Assembly (NCBI GenBank): GCA_944324225.1
Contig: CALUVL010000011.1
Coordinates: 2,803 to 66,802 of the forward strand
DNA from: Candidatus Gastranaerophilales bacterium
Lineage (GTDB): Bacteria; Cyanobacteriota; Vampirovibrionia; Gastranaerophilales; Gastranaerophilaceae
Length of the DNA stretch: 64,000 nt
Reading direction: 5' to 3'
A model generated the notes under the pieces. That model worked only from the letters and a program-made list of their open reading frames with translations, made no database searches and was not told where the DNA came from. The position numbers and the translations under genes were made by a program. Below are positions 25,994-35,598 of the stretch, one piece after another (position 1 is the stretch's first letter; every line of letters begins with the position of its first letter).

Positions 25994-26962
25994 ATGGAAT
26001 TAAAAATCAAATGCGTTAATACCACAACAAGTTCAGATGGTTCACAATACGGAAAATTCGTAATCGAACCGTTGGAAAAGGGATTTGGAACAACTATTGG
26101 AAACTCATTAAGACGTGTATTGCTTTCAAGCCTTGAGGGAACAGCAGTAACTTCAGCAAGAATTGAAGGTATCACACACGAATATACAGCAATTCCGGGT
26201 GTTCTTGAAGACGTTATTGATGTAATGCTTAACCTTAAAGGACTTGTGGTAAAAACCGATTCTAAAGATGCTCAGCACTTAAGAATAGATATCGATCGTC
26301 CGGGTCCTGTTCTAGCAAGCGACATCCAGCTTCCGGCAGGAGTTAAAGTAGTTAACCCTGACTGGCTGATTTGTACAGTTGCAGACGGCGGCAGCTTCCA
26401 TGCTGACGTAATCGTTGAAACAGGCAAAGGATACGTAGCAAACGATGTTCCTAGAGATTCAAAAGGGGTTTCAATCGACGTATTGCCGATTGATGCAACA
26501 TTTATGCCTATCAAACGTGTAAGCTACAATGTTGAAAACACCCGTGTAGGTGATTCAATCGATTTTGATAAATTGACCCTTGAAATCTGGTCAAATGGCT
26601 CAATTGAAGTAACAACAGCACTGAGCCAGGCTTCAAACCTATTGATTGATCACTTTATGCAAATAGCATCAATCACAGGCCAGCCGGTTGTTGCACCTAC
26701 ATTAAACATAGCAGAAGAAACAGAAGAAGATTCTAATGTTCCCTCAATGACAATTGAAGAACTTGAACTTTCAGTAAGAGCCTACAACTGCTTGAAACGT
26801 GCAAGCATCAATTCAATGGCGGAACTTTTGAAAAAATCAGAACACGATTTGTTAAATATCAAAAACTTCGGTAAAAAATCTTCAGATGAAGTAATCGAAA
26901 GACTTCACCATTTTGGTTTAGACCTTGCTCCAAACCCGGAAGTTGAGGAAGAAATCGGTTAA
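25994..26962 (+). CDS. rpoA: DNA-directed RNA polymerase subunit alpha
   Basis: GKFVIEPLEKGFGTTIGNSLRRVLLSSLEG and C-terminal domain ELELSVRAYNCLKRA. Confidence 0.95.
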   Translation: MELKIKCVNTTTSSDGSQYGKFVIEPLEKGFGTTIGNSLRRVLLSSLEGTAVTSARIEGITHEYTAIPGVLEDVIDVMLNLKGLVVKTDSKDAQHLRIDIDRPGPVLASDIQLPAGVKVVNPDWLICTVADGGSFHADVIVETGKGYVANDVPRDSKGVSIDVLPIDATFMPIKRVSYNVENTRVGDSIDFDKLTLEIWSNGSIEVTTALSQASNLLIDHFMQIASITGQPVVAPTLNIAEETEEDSNVPSMTIEELELSVRAYNCLKRASINSMAELLKKSEHDLLNIKNFGKKSSDEVIERLHHFGLDLAPNPEVEEEIG

Positions 26963-27003
26963 TAAAGAAAATAATACTAAATTAAAATAAAAGGAAAAGA
27001 ACA

Positions 27004-27432
27004 ATGAGACACATGACAAAAAAACACACGCTTGGCAAAGCAAAAGACCAAAGAGATGCTCTTTTGCGTGCATTGGCGACTGAACTTTTTGTGCACGGTG
27101 AAATAAAAACAACAATGGCTCGCGCAAAGGCATTAAGACCATATGCTGAAGAAATTATCACCCTTGCCAAAAAGGGAGATCTACATGCAATCCGTCAGGC
27201 AGCAAGACACATTTACAATAAAGAAACCGGCAAATTTGTCGACATGAAAACCGGTGAAGAATTTGAAGCCCCGGTTGCAGATAAAAAATTAACACCTCAA
27301 ACAGTGTTGAGAAAATTATTTGTAATAATCGGTAAACAATATTCTGACAGAAAAGGCGGATATACAAGAATTTTCAGACTTCCGCCACGCCGTGGTGATG
27401 CTTCTGAAATGGCATTAATCCAGTTGGTGTAA
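27004..27432 (+). CDS. rplQ: 50S ribosomal protein L17
   Basis: MRH...LGK...RDALLRALATELFVHGEIKTT and GGYTRI motifs. Confidence 0.9.
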   Translation: MRHMTKKHTLGKAKDQRDALLRALATELFVHGEIKTTMARAKALRPYAEEIITLAKKGDLHAIRQAARHIYNKETGKFVDMKTGEEFEAPVADKKLTPQTVLRKLFVIIGKQYSDRKGGYTRIFRLPPRRGDASEMALIQLV

Positions 27433-27438
27433 GCCGGA

Positions 27439-28215
27439 ATGAAATATGCTTTGAAAGTCCGGTATATCGGTAAAAACTATCACGGCAGCCAGATACAATT
27501 TGAAAACGGCGAAGAGATAGCAAATAAGCCGACAATACAAGGGATTTTAGAAAAAGCAATCTGCACAGTGACAGGTGACAAAGTCACCGAATATAATAAA
27601 CGACCGATTAAGACAGTCTTCTCCGGACGAACCGATAAGGGTGTCAACGCTAAAGGACAGGTTCTTCATTTCAAATATGACAAACCTATTGTTGCTTCAA
27701 AGTTTGTCTACTCCGTAAATGAAATCTTGCCTCCAGACATTTCCATAAGGGATTTAATCGAGGTTGATGAAAGTTTTCACGCACAAAAATCAGCGAAACG
27801 CAGATATTACCGTTATGAATTTGTAAACAGGCGGAACAAAGATGCGTTTGACGGAGATTTAATGCGGATAAAATACGAAATTAACCCTGAAAGAATGCAA
27901 AAATCGTTAAATTACATTCTTGGAGAACATGACTTCTCCAGTTTCAAAAGCTCCGGAACGCTAAACCCGAGCACAGTCTGTTTTATCGAAAAAGCCGAGT
28001 GCAAAAAACTCGAAGACGACAGAGTTGTTATTGATATTATAGGAAACAGATTTTTGTATAATATGGTAAGAACTATAGTCGGCACCCTTCTTGAAATAGA
28101 GGGGCACAATTTGACTTCAGAGCATATGAAAAATGTTTTGGAGGCAAAAGATCGGCGAAAAGCCGGTCAAACAGTCAGCCCGTATGGATTGACATTATTA
28201 GAAGTACAATACTAA
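27439..28215 (+). CDS. truA: tRNA pseudouridine(38-40) synthase
   Basis: YHGSQIQ, the catalytic GRTDKGVNA box, and RFLYNMVR. Confidence 0.9.
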   Translation: MKYALKVRYIGKNYHGSQIQFENGEEIANKPTIQGILEKAICTVTGDKVTEYNKRPIKTVFSGRTDKGVNAKGQVLHFKYDKPIVASKFVYSVNEILPPDISIRDLIEVDESFHAQKSAKRRYYRYEFVNRRNKDAFDGDLMRIKYEINPERMQKSLNYILGEHDFSSFKSSGTLNPSTVCFIEKAECKKLEDDRVVIDIIGNRFLYNMVRTIVGTLLEIEGHNLTSEHMKNVLEAKDRRKAGQTVSPYGLTLLEVQY

Positions 28216-28241
28216 AAAGTAATAAAAATGGAGACATTAGC

Positions 28242-28679
28242 ATGAAGACATATTCAGCAAAACCTCTTGAAGTTGAAAGAAAGTGGTATCTGATTGATGC
28301 TGAAGGCGAAGTATTAGGCCGTTTAGCAAGCAGAATCGCTGACATTTTAAGAGGCAAAAATAAGCCTGAATACACACCTAATGTTGATACAGGCGATTTC
28401 GTAGTTGTAATCAACGCAGACAAAGTTCGTGTAACAGGCAAAAAAGAAACCGATAAAATTTATTATCACCATACCGGCTATCCGGGCGGATTAAAAAGCG
28501 CAAGCTTTAAAGAATTAATGGAAAAAGATGGTACATTAGCATTGGAAAAAGCTGTTAAAGGCATGCTTCCGCACAACACACTTGGAGCACAGCAATTAAC
28601 CAAGTTAAAAATCTATGCAGGAAGCGAACATCCGCATGCTGCACAAAAACCGATTGTACTGGAAAAGGAGGCTAAATAA
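28242..28679 (+). CDS. rplM: 50S ribosomal protein L13
   Basis: [26 protein letters not shown] is canonical L13. Confidence 0.95.
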   Translation: MKTYSAKPLEVERKWYLIDAEGEVLGRLASRIADILRGKNKPEYTPNVDTGDFVVVINADKVRVTGKKETDKIYYHHTGYPGGLKSASFKELMEKDGTLALEKAVKGMLPHNTLGAQQLTKLKIYAGSEHPHAAQKPIVLEKEAK

Positions 28680-29071
28680 TGGCAGAAGAAATTATGGCAA
28701 CAGGCCGCAGAAAAACCTCTATTGCAGTGGTAAAATTGGTCAAAGGTAAAGGCAGAATATTTGTTAACGGAAAAACATTGAAAAATTATATTGGTAACAG
28801 ACCGGCCGTTGAAATGTTAGTTTACAGACCGCTTGTTTTGACTGACAATCAGGAAAAATATGATGTAAAAGTTAAAGCTATAGGCGGCGGAATCGTAGCA
28901 CAATGCGGAGCAATCAGACATGGTATTGCAAGAGCACTCGTAAAATCAAATGAAGAATATAGAAATGTACTTCGTTTGGAAGGTCTTTTAACCCGTGATC
29001 CACGTGTTAAAGAACGTAAAAAATACGGACGCAAACGTGCAAGAAAACGTTTCCAATTCTCCAAACGTTAA
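28679..29071 (+). CDS. rpsI: 30S ribosomal protein S9
   Basis: ATGRRKTSIA...GGG...RDPRVKERKKYG..KARKRFQFSKR is canonical S9. Confidence 0.95.
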   Translation: MAEEIMATGRRKTSIAVVKLVKGKGRIFVNGKTLKNYIGNRPAVEMLVYRPLVLTDNQEKYDVKVKAIGGGIVAQCGAIRHGIARALVKSNEEYRNVLRLEGLLTRDPRVKERKKYGRKRARKRFQFSKR

Positions 29072-29091
29072 TATTTATACAATATACACAA

Positions 29092-29122
29092 AAACGCTTT
29101 GCAAATATGCAAGGCGTTTTTT
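29092..29122 (+). terminator. Rho-independent terminator after rpsI
   Basis: aacgctttgc-aaatat-gcaaggcgtt followed by a T-run. Confidence 0.75.
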
Positions 29123-29604
29123 GCTATACATAAGATATTTTCTCTTTATTATTTTCCTTTTTTCTTTTGTTGCAGTGAAATAAGGTACTTTCTTGTACCG
29201 TCTGGGAAGTAGCTTAAAGAAACATCTTACCTGAGATTCACTCACTAATCAATAAAACAAGTGAACTCATGCTACGCACTCAAACAGCACTTGTTTTGAA
29301 GTTATGAAACTTGATTGTTTGTTCCGCAAATGTAGAATGTTTTTAAAGATTGCCGCAATAGTGTAGTGAACAATAATTACAGGTGATGCAAATTTCGAAG
29401 GCGGGTATTGTTTGAACGAAGCGTGTTTTCCAGCCTTTATACCGAGCCATACAGATTATTAGTTAATGCTGAGTACGTACGGTGAAACTTTTTTCACAAA
29501 TAATATTTTACATCGTCGCAAATAGAAAAAACGGTATATAATAATAAAAATTAGCATAAATAAAATATCTTATGTAATAAAATATAACAAAAATCCTTTA
29601 TAAA

Positions 29605-29633
29605 TTGACATTTTCCGCTCTTGAGAAGACAAT
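29605..29633 (+). promoter_or_regulatory. Sigma-70-like promoter candidate (TTGACA-N17-GACAAT) directly upstream of gcvT
   Basis: By-eye match. It leaves only about 20 nt of leader before the RBS AAAGGGGG. Confidence 0.3.
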
Positions 29634-29652
29634 AAATTCAAAGGGGGATTTT

Positions 29653-30759
29653 ATGACTAAAGAAACTTTTTTGCACGACAAACACGTAGCCTTAGGCGCA
29701 AGAATGGTTGATTTTGCAGGGTGGCATATGCCAGTTCAATATACGTCCATTATTAAAGAACATAAAACAGTAAGAGACTCTGTCGGACTTTTTGATGTAT
29801 CGCATATGGGAGAAGTGTTTGTTTCAGGAAAAGATTCTTTGGAATTTTTGAATAAAATTGTACCTCAGGAGATTTCGAAACTTACGTATGAAAAAGCTAT
29901 CTACTGTCAGCTTCCAAACCAAAAAGGCGGTTTGATTGACGATTTGATTATTTATAAACTGGGGCTTCTTGAGTACCTCATAATCTGTAATGCAGCAAGA
30001 ATTGATGAAGACTTAAACTGGATGGTCAGAAATAAAAAAGGGCTTGACGTAAAAATTGACAACCAGTCGCATAATTATTCACTGCTAGCAGTGCAAGGGC
30101 CGAAAGCCGCAGAAATGTTACAAACAATGGGACTTAATACAAACCAAAATTCATTCACGATTCGGCCGGCAAAAGTTGCGGGGATAAAACTTCTGGCATC
30201 CCGCACCGGATATACCGGAGAAGACGGGTTTGAACTTCTTGTGGAAAATGAATTCAGCGAAGACCTTTTTGATAAAATTCTGGAAGCCGGCAAACCCTTC
30301 GGAATAAAACCAATAGGCCTCGGCGCAAGAGATACTCTGAGACTTGAAGCTGCACTGCATCTTTACGGCAATGATCTGGACGAAAACACAACACCTATTG
30401 AAGCCGGGCTTTCATGGTCTGTACCAAAAGATAAAACAGCGGATTACAATGGCAAAGAAGTTATAATGAACCAGATTAAAAACGGTGTCACGAAAAAATT
30501 TGTCGGTTTAAAAATGCTTGACAAAAATATTGCAAGACACGGTTATGATATTTACTATAACGGCAAAAAAGTCGGAATTATTACAAGCGGAGGAATTTCG
30601 CCGATTTTGAATGCAAATATCGCACTTGGTTATGTAAAAAATATTGAAGAAATTTGTACAGGCGCAATTGTTCAGGTTATGATTAGAGAGAAATTACATG
30701 ATGCTGAAGTTGTGAAGCGGCCATTTGTAACAAAAAGGAATATAGTTAAAGTTAATTAA
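29653..30759 (+). CDS. gcvT: Glycine cleavage system aminomethyltransferase (T protein)
   Basis: LHDKHVALGARMVDFAGWHMPVQY... Start trimmed to the ATG at 29653 behind AAAGGGGG. Confidence 0.9.
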   Translation: MTKETFLHDKHVALGARMVDFAGWHMPVQYTSIIKEHKTVRDSVGLFDVSHMGEVFVSGKDSLEFLNKIVPQEISKLTYEKAIYCQLPNQKGGLIDDLIIYKLGLLEYLIICNAARIDEDLNWMVRNKKGLDVKIDNQSHNYSLLAVQGPKAAEMLQTMGLNTNQNSFTIRPAKVAGIKLLASRTGYTGEDGFELLVENEFSEDLFDKILEAGKPFGIKPIGLGARDTLRLEAALHLYGNDLDENTTPIEAGLSWSVPKDKTADYNGKEVIMNQIKNGVTKKFVGLKMLDKNIARHGYDIYYNGKKVGIITSGGISPILNANIALGYVKNIEEICTGAIVQVMIREKLHDAEVVKRPFVTKRNIVKVN

Positions 30760-30769
30760 GGAGATAAAA

Positions 30770-31153
30770 ATGAGTATTACAGAAAAAATATTATGCGCCA
30801 AAACTCATGAATTTATTTATGAAGATGAAAACAATATATACACAGCAGGGTTGACCGATTATGCCGTTGAACAGCTTGGAGATATTGTTTTTCTTGAGCT
30901 GCCTGAAGCCGGCACAGAATTCAAAAAAGGCGAAACTTTTGCAACTGTTGAATCTGTTAAAGCTGCAAGCGAAATTTATATGCCAATCAGCGGAAAAATT
31001 ACAGAAGTAAACAGTGAAGTTGCAGACAGTCCGGAAATTTTGAACGAAGATCCTTATGAAAAAGGATGGCTTGTCAAGATTGAAAGAACAGGTGATGACT
31101 CGGAACTCAACGATTTGATGGAATACGAAGATTATAAAGAAGAATTGGAATAA
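30770..31153 (+). CDS. gcvH: Glycine cleavage system H protein
   Basis: Lipoyl-lysine motif VESVKAAS and EDPYEKGWL. Confidence 0.9.
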   Translation: MSITEKILCAKTHEFIYEDENNIYTAGLTDYAVEQLGDIVFLELPEAGTEFKKGETFATVESVKAASEIYMPISGKITEVNSEVADSPEILNEDPYEKGWLVKIERTGDDSELNDLMEYEDYKEELE

Positions 31154-32397
31154 TGAAAAATTTTTTAGTACATAATGATGAAGTAAAAGCAGAAATGCTT
31201 GAAGAAATCGGATTAAACAGTGTTGAGGATTTATTTTCTGATATTCCTCAGCAGGCAAGAATGAAAACACTTGACCTTCCAGACGCCATGAGCGAAATAG
31301 AAGTTCAAAGAGAGATTAAAAAGCTTGCAAATAAAAACAAAACAAATTACGTAAGTTTTTTAGGCGGCGGAGTTTACAACAAGTTTATTCCGGCAGCAGT
31401 AGGACAAATTGCCCAAAGGTTTGAATTTTTAACAGCCTATACTCCATATCAGGCTGAAATCTCACAAGGAACCCTTCAAATTATGTACGAATTTCAGACA
31501 ATGATTTCACGTCTTACAGGAATGGATCTTTCAAATGCAACAGTTTATGACGGTGGAACCGCATGTTCTGAAGCTATATTAATGGCAAAAAGAATTTCTA
31601 AAAAAACAAAGGTGCTTGTGTCAGCAAACTTAAATCCTGAATACAAAAAAGTAATTGACACCTATACCTGGGCAAACGGAATAGAAATAAAATATTTTAA
31701 AGACTTGCCGGACAATACCTCTGACTATGCCTGTGTTCTTATACAAACCCCTGATTATTATGGCGAAATTATAGAAGTAAAACCTGTCGATACCCTTTTG
31801 ATAATCTGCACAGATGTTTCGACTTTATCAATTCTTAAACCTCCGTCAGAATATGGCGCAGACATAGTAGTCGGGGATATTCAAGCACTTGGGATTCCAC
31901 AGGAATTTGGCGGACCACATGCAGGATTTATTGCATGTAAAGAAAAATATATGCGCCAGCTTCCCGGGCGTCTTGCAGGAAGAACCGTCGATGCTGATGG
32001 CAATCAGGCATTTTGTCTTACAATTCAAACCCGTGAACAGCACATAAAAAGAGAAAAAGCCACCAGCAATATATGCTCTAATCAGGCTTTAATCGGCCTT
32101 TGTGCAACTTTGTACCTGAGCCTTCTAGGAGAAAAAGGATTTAAACAGGCCGGTTATTTAAGCGCAAAACAGGCTCATAAATTGTCAGACAACTTAGCGC
32201 AAAAAGGAATAAAAACATTAAACAAAAACTTCTTTAACGAGTTTGTTATTGAAACAGAAAATTCCACAAAAACTCTTTCTAATCTCAAATGTGCCGGAAT
32301 TTTAGGAGGCATACAGCTTGATGAAACAAGAATTTTAGTTGCAACTACCGAAATGATTTCTGACAATGATATAGAAAAATATGTACAAAATGTCTAG
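31153..32397 (+). CDS. gcvPA: Glycine dehydrogenase (decarboxylating) subunit 1
   Basis: FLGGGVYNKFIPAAV...YTPYQAEISQGTLQ..EFQTMI is typical of GcvPA. Confidence 0.85.
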   Translation: MKNFLVHNDEVKAEMLEEIGLNSVEDLFSDIPQQARMKTLDLPDAMSEIEVQREIKKLANKNKTNYVSFLGGGVYNKFIPAAVGQIAQRFEFLTAYTPYQAEISQGTLQIMYEFQTMISRLTGMDLSNATVYDGGTACSEAILMAKRISKKTKVLVSANLNPEYKKVIDTYTWANGIEIKYFKDLPDNTSDYACVLIQTPDYYGEIIEVKPVDTLLIICTDVSTLSILKPPSEYGADIVVGDIQALGIPQEFGGPHAGFIACKEKYMRQLPGRLAGRTVDADGNQAFCLTIQTREQHIKREKATSNICSNQALIGLCATLYLSLLGEKGFKQAGYLSAKQAHKLSDNLAQKGIKTLNKNFFNEFVIETENSTKTLSNLKCAGILGGIQLDETRILVATTEMISDNDIEKYVQNV

Positions 32398-32422
32398 TCA
32401 TGAATATTAAAAAAGAGTTTTG

Positions 32423-32866
32423 CTAAGGTTCTTGTTTATCATAAATCATTTGGTTATAATTTAAAATTTGGAATCCATTCCTTTTATAAATCTCACATGC
32501 TTTAGTGTTTGATGGACAAAGCTCCAGTCTCAGCCTTACGGCGGGCACATCTTCTTTTAAAAATTTAAGGAATTGCACCCCAAGTCCGCAGGATCTGAAT
32601 TCTGGCAAAATAAATATTTCTTCTAGCCATAAAACCATACCACCGGCTTCCTGAGAAAATGATTTTGCAAGCAAAGCATATCCGGCTCTTTTACCTTCTT
32701 GCTCTATAATATAAGCTTCGGCATATGTATTTGCCCTCATCAATTCCTCAAAAGTTTTTACAATAAAATCCTCAGGAATCTGATGATCAACGGCATCAGA
32801 TCTATAAAATTCTTTTGCAGAACTTATATAAAATTCTCTATCGTTTTCCGTAATTTTTCTGAACAT
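32423..32866 (-). CDS. GNAT-family N-acetyltransferase
   Basis: 147 aa with the acetyl-CoA motif FRSCGLGVQFL. Confidence 0.75.
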   Translation of the reverse strand: MFRKITENDREFYISSAKEFYRSDAVDHQIPEDFIVKTFEELMRANTYAEAYIIEQEGKRAGYALLAKSFSQEAGGMVLWLEEIFILPEFRSCGLGVQFLKFLKEDVPAVRLRLELCPSNTKACEIYKRNGFQILNYNQMIYDKQEP

Positions 32867-33532
32867 AAAATAAGTTTAGCATAAACAAATAGTTTTTAGA
32901 TACTCACAGACAGATAATATAGATTGCCCAAATTTTATTATGAATTCAATCAACACAATAACCTTTATGGGACATTCCTCGCCCTAATAGAGCACTGCAA
33001 GCTAGCCAATGTATTTATTTTTCTTTTTTGCTGATTTTTTAACCAAAACCTGCGTGATTTGTTTGATATACTCTAAGTTGCACTAACAAATATTGTAAAA
33101 TGAGTATTAAAATCTAGCCAATATATCGTTTTCTTTATGGTTGCTTTTTCTTTTCATTAAAAAATTAACTGGACTGTACGTGTAGAAAATCAAACTTTTT
33201 GAAGTATATCAAAGAGTTGATTGAGCAACTCAAAAGGTCTTAAACTTTCTTATTTTTAGAGCATTATAACTTTTTCAAACAGACATACTAACGTTAATCT
33301 TTGACATTGTACTATCTGTGTCTTTTTCTGTTAGCATTTTATTTCTCCTTTTTCATTTTTTAATGTTAAGAATAAACAAAATTTGTCATCGATTTATGTA
33401 AAATAGACACTGGCTGAAAACCTGCAATTTTGATGACCGATAAATCAGATAATGGTAATATCCAATTATTTTTAGAGTATTTGCAAACTTAAATACTTAA
33501 CAATTTCTAAGGGAGCATGCCTTAAAGGCATT

Positions 33533-33553
33533 AAAAAAGAGCCTTTCGGCTCT
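33533..33553 (-). terminator. Terminator hairpin downstream of tRNA-Val
   Basis: The minus strand reads agagccgaaaggctct followed by tttttt. Confidence 0.6.
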
Positions 33554-33568
33554 TATTGTATTATAATA

Positions 33569-33641
33569 TGGGCGATACGTGACTCGAACACGTGACCCTC
33601 ACAACGTCAATGTGATGCGCTACCAACTGCGCTAATCGCCC
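33569..33641 (-). tRNA. tRNA-Val (anticodon GAC)
   Basis: Hand-folded cloverleaf: acceptor GGGCGAT/ATCGCCC, D stem GCGC/GCGC, anticodon stem TCACA/TGTGA with loop TTGACGT, T arm ACGTG-TTCGAGT-CACGT. No encoded CCA. Confidence 0.9.
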
Positions 33642-33745
33642 ATAATTTTTATTTGATTTTCAAGAGTTTTGAGCTTGCTGGTAGCTTGCGCTACCTTCCC
33701 TCCTTCTTTTCGATACTTAATCGAAAAATGAAGCCATATGTTTAA

Positions 33746-33982
33746 TTATTTTTCACCTTTTTTGCTGAAGTGCGACATCAATTTTCCAAAACCGTTGCGC
33801 ATTTTTACAAAAGGATTAGATGTATTTTGTTTTTCCTTGCTTACAAAAGAATCTGTCTGGTTATAATTTTTGACTACCGGTTTTCCATATTTTACGCTGT
33901 TCGGAACTTCCAGCTTTGCAGTTTTTAATGCCTTGTCTATAGTTGAAACAGGATTGTCAGATATACCAAAAATTTTACCCAT
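33746..33982 (-). CDS. Small hypothetical basic protein
   Basis: 78 aa ORF with an AAAGAGG-type RBS. No family recognised. Confidence 0.4.
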   Translation of the reverse strand: MGKIFGISDNPVSTIDKALKTAKLEVPNSVKYGKPVVKNYNQTDSFVSKEKQNTSNPFVKMRNGFGKLMSHFSKKGEK

Positions 33983-34044
33983 TATTTAACCTCTTTTTAT
34001 AAGCTATAAATTTATAATACGGAACACACAATCCTATGTCAAGA

Positions 34045-34677
34045 TTATTGTTCACTCTTTTGTTTTACACAGAAAAAAGCTATTATACAGCCAATAACAG
34101 CTGCAACCGGCAGTATAAGCCACCAGAGCCAATTTTTATTGACAACTTTATTCTTATTTAATTCAGGAACAGTGCCAAAATGTTCTACTTTTTGTTTTTC
34201 TACAGCACCTGCAGCATCAGCCATTAAATATGCACCACTGAGAATTCCGTTCTCATATTCACCGGATTCAAAATAAGGCAAAACATTTTTATCTATAATA
34301 TTTTCAAGTTGTTTCGGCTTTATTTGACCTACAAGACCGTCGCCCAGAACAATCTGTAGCTGGCGTTCGGCAATAGCTATTACAAATACAATACCGTTTT
34401 TCTTTGTATCATCACCAATTTTATATTCATTCATCACTGCAGTTGCAAGTTCTTCAATTTTTTGACCTTTGAGCGTACTCAATGTTACAATTGCAATTGT
34501 GGCCTTTGTTTTTTTATTCAAATCATGCAATGTATAATTTAGATTGTCTAAAGAGTCTTTAGACAAAATGTTTGCTTCGTCAGCTATATACCCGTTAAAA
34601 TCGACATCTACCGCAAAAGCCGAGCCTGCAAACAATCCCAATATCATCAACGCTGAAATCAAAACTCTTTTAAGCAT
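34045..34677 (-). CDS. TPM-domain (TLP18.3/Psb32/MOLO-1 family) protein with signal peptide and C-terminal TM anchor
   Basis: YIADEANILS...ATIAIVTLSTLKGQKIEELA..NGIVFVIAIAERQLQIVLGDGL pattern. Confidence 0.7.
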   Translation of the reverse strand: MLKRVLISALMILGLFAGSAFAVDVDFNGYIADEANILSKDSLDNLNYTLHDLNKKTKATIAIVTLSTLKGQKIEELATAVMNEYKIGDDTKKNGIVFVIAIAERQLQIVLGDGLVGQIKPKQLENIIDKNVLPYFESGEYENGILSGAYLMADAAGAVEKQKVEHFGTVPELNKNKVVNKNWLWWLILPVAAVIGCIIAFFCVKQKSEQ

Positions 34678-34710
34678 GCAATTTCCCCTTCATCACTTTA
34701 AAAATTAAAA

Positions 34711-34782
34711 AGGCGACACCCAGATTCGAACTGGGGGATAAGAGCTTTGCAGGCTCCTGCCTTACCACTTGGCCATGTCGCC
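34711..34782 (-). tRNA. tRNA-Cys (anticodon GCA)
   Basis: Hand-folded: acceptor GGCGACA/TGTCGCC, anticodon stem GGAGC/GCTCT with loop CTGCAAA, T arm CCCAG-TTCGAAT-CTGGG, U discriminator. Confidence 0.9.
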
Positions 34783-34848
34783 ATTCCTCATTCTTTTATG
34801 ATAAAAAAGACATAACTTATTGTCAAGATACCATAACTTTAAGTGAGT

Positions 34849-35391
34849 TTATGGTTTCAAATATCTTTCAACATATTGCAAATCACCGTTTTCTAAGACT
34901 GTTTTTTGCGCAACAGCAAGATGTACAGACTTGCCTAGCTCTGTAACTGGAAATGTGGATTTTCTTCCAGACTTTGATTTTACTATATTTATTGAAGGAC
35001 CATCTGAAAATACAATCTTGTTCGCACTTTCTTCAATTTTTTTTGTATTTAAATTATATAATCGTTCTTTTTGCATTGTATGTCCATCTATTCCGCTCAT
35101 AATGTATTTTTTTACTGATTTAAACAGAAGATATCCATCCTCTAAAGTTTGTTTTTTGGTTTTCTTAACCATTTTTATATTTCCAGAATTTACTAAAATT
35201 AGAGAGTCTTCTTCTATTCCCTGATATTTACGATTGCAGCTTAGTGCAATAGTATTTTGGGGCAATTTTTTCTGATACACTTGATCAGCTTTTACAACTT
35301 TCATATTTTTAATCTCATGATTAGCTTTTCTGCCAACCGGTGTAAATGCATTCATAAATTTTACAAAACCATCAACTTTTACTGTACTCAT
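34849..35391 (-). CDS. Hypothetical protein
   Basis: 180 aa ORF with an AAAGGAG RBS. No family recognised. Confidence 0.5.
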   Translation of the reverse strand: MSTVKVDGFVKFMNAFTPVGRKANHEIKNMKVVKADQVYQKKLPQNTIALSCNRKYQGIEEDSLILVNSGNIKMVKKTKKQTLEDGYLLFKSVKKYIMSGIDGHTMQKERLYNLNTKKIEESANKIVFSDGPSINIVKSKSGRKSTFPVTELGKSVHLAVAQKTVLENGDLQYVERYLKP

Positions 35392-35547
35392 TTTTATATA
35401 ATCTCCTTTTTACAATCGGGGTAATATTATTTTGAATAAAGCCGGTTATTTTATAATAGAGAAGACATGGTTTGGCGTCAAGTTTATATTACTGCCCTAA
35501 ATAAAAAAGTCTTCTTCAGTTTTCTAAATCCTATTCAAATTCCATAA

Positions 35548-35579
35548 AAGAAGAACCGCTTAAAAAAGCGGTTCTTCTT
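35548..35579. terminator. 13-bp hairpin terminator downstream of adhE
   Basis: aagaagaaccgct-taaaaa-agcggttcttctt. Confidence 0.7.
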
Positions 35580-35598
35580 ATTATATTTAGCAAAATGC

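Noticed and set aside
29343-29450. 35-codon minus-strand mini-ORF starting MARYKG, identical to the first six residues of S4.
   Set aside because: Identity stops after 6 aa, codon usage differs from rpsD, and there is no RBS. It is most likely coincidence.
29123-29652. Expected glycine riboswitch upstream of gcvT.
   Set aside because: I could not locate the conserved aptamer cores on either strand by eye. It is reported as an open question rather than a feature.
30791-31270. 159-aa minus-strand ORF across gcvH.
   Set aside because: It is antisense to a well-supported gcvH (lipoyl-lysine motif). Its F/I/N-rich translation is typical of AT-rich antisense frames.
33569-34782. tRNA-Val to tRNA-Cys interval as a genomic island.
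   Set aside because: It contains only a TPM-domain gene and a small ORF. There is no integrase, no att repeat and no compositional break that I can see.
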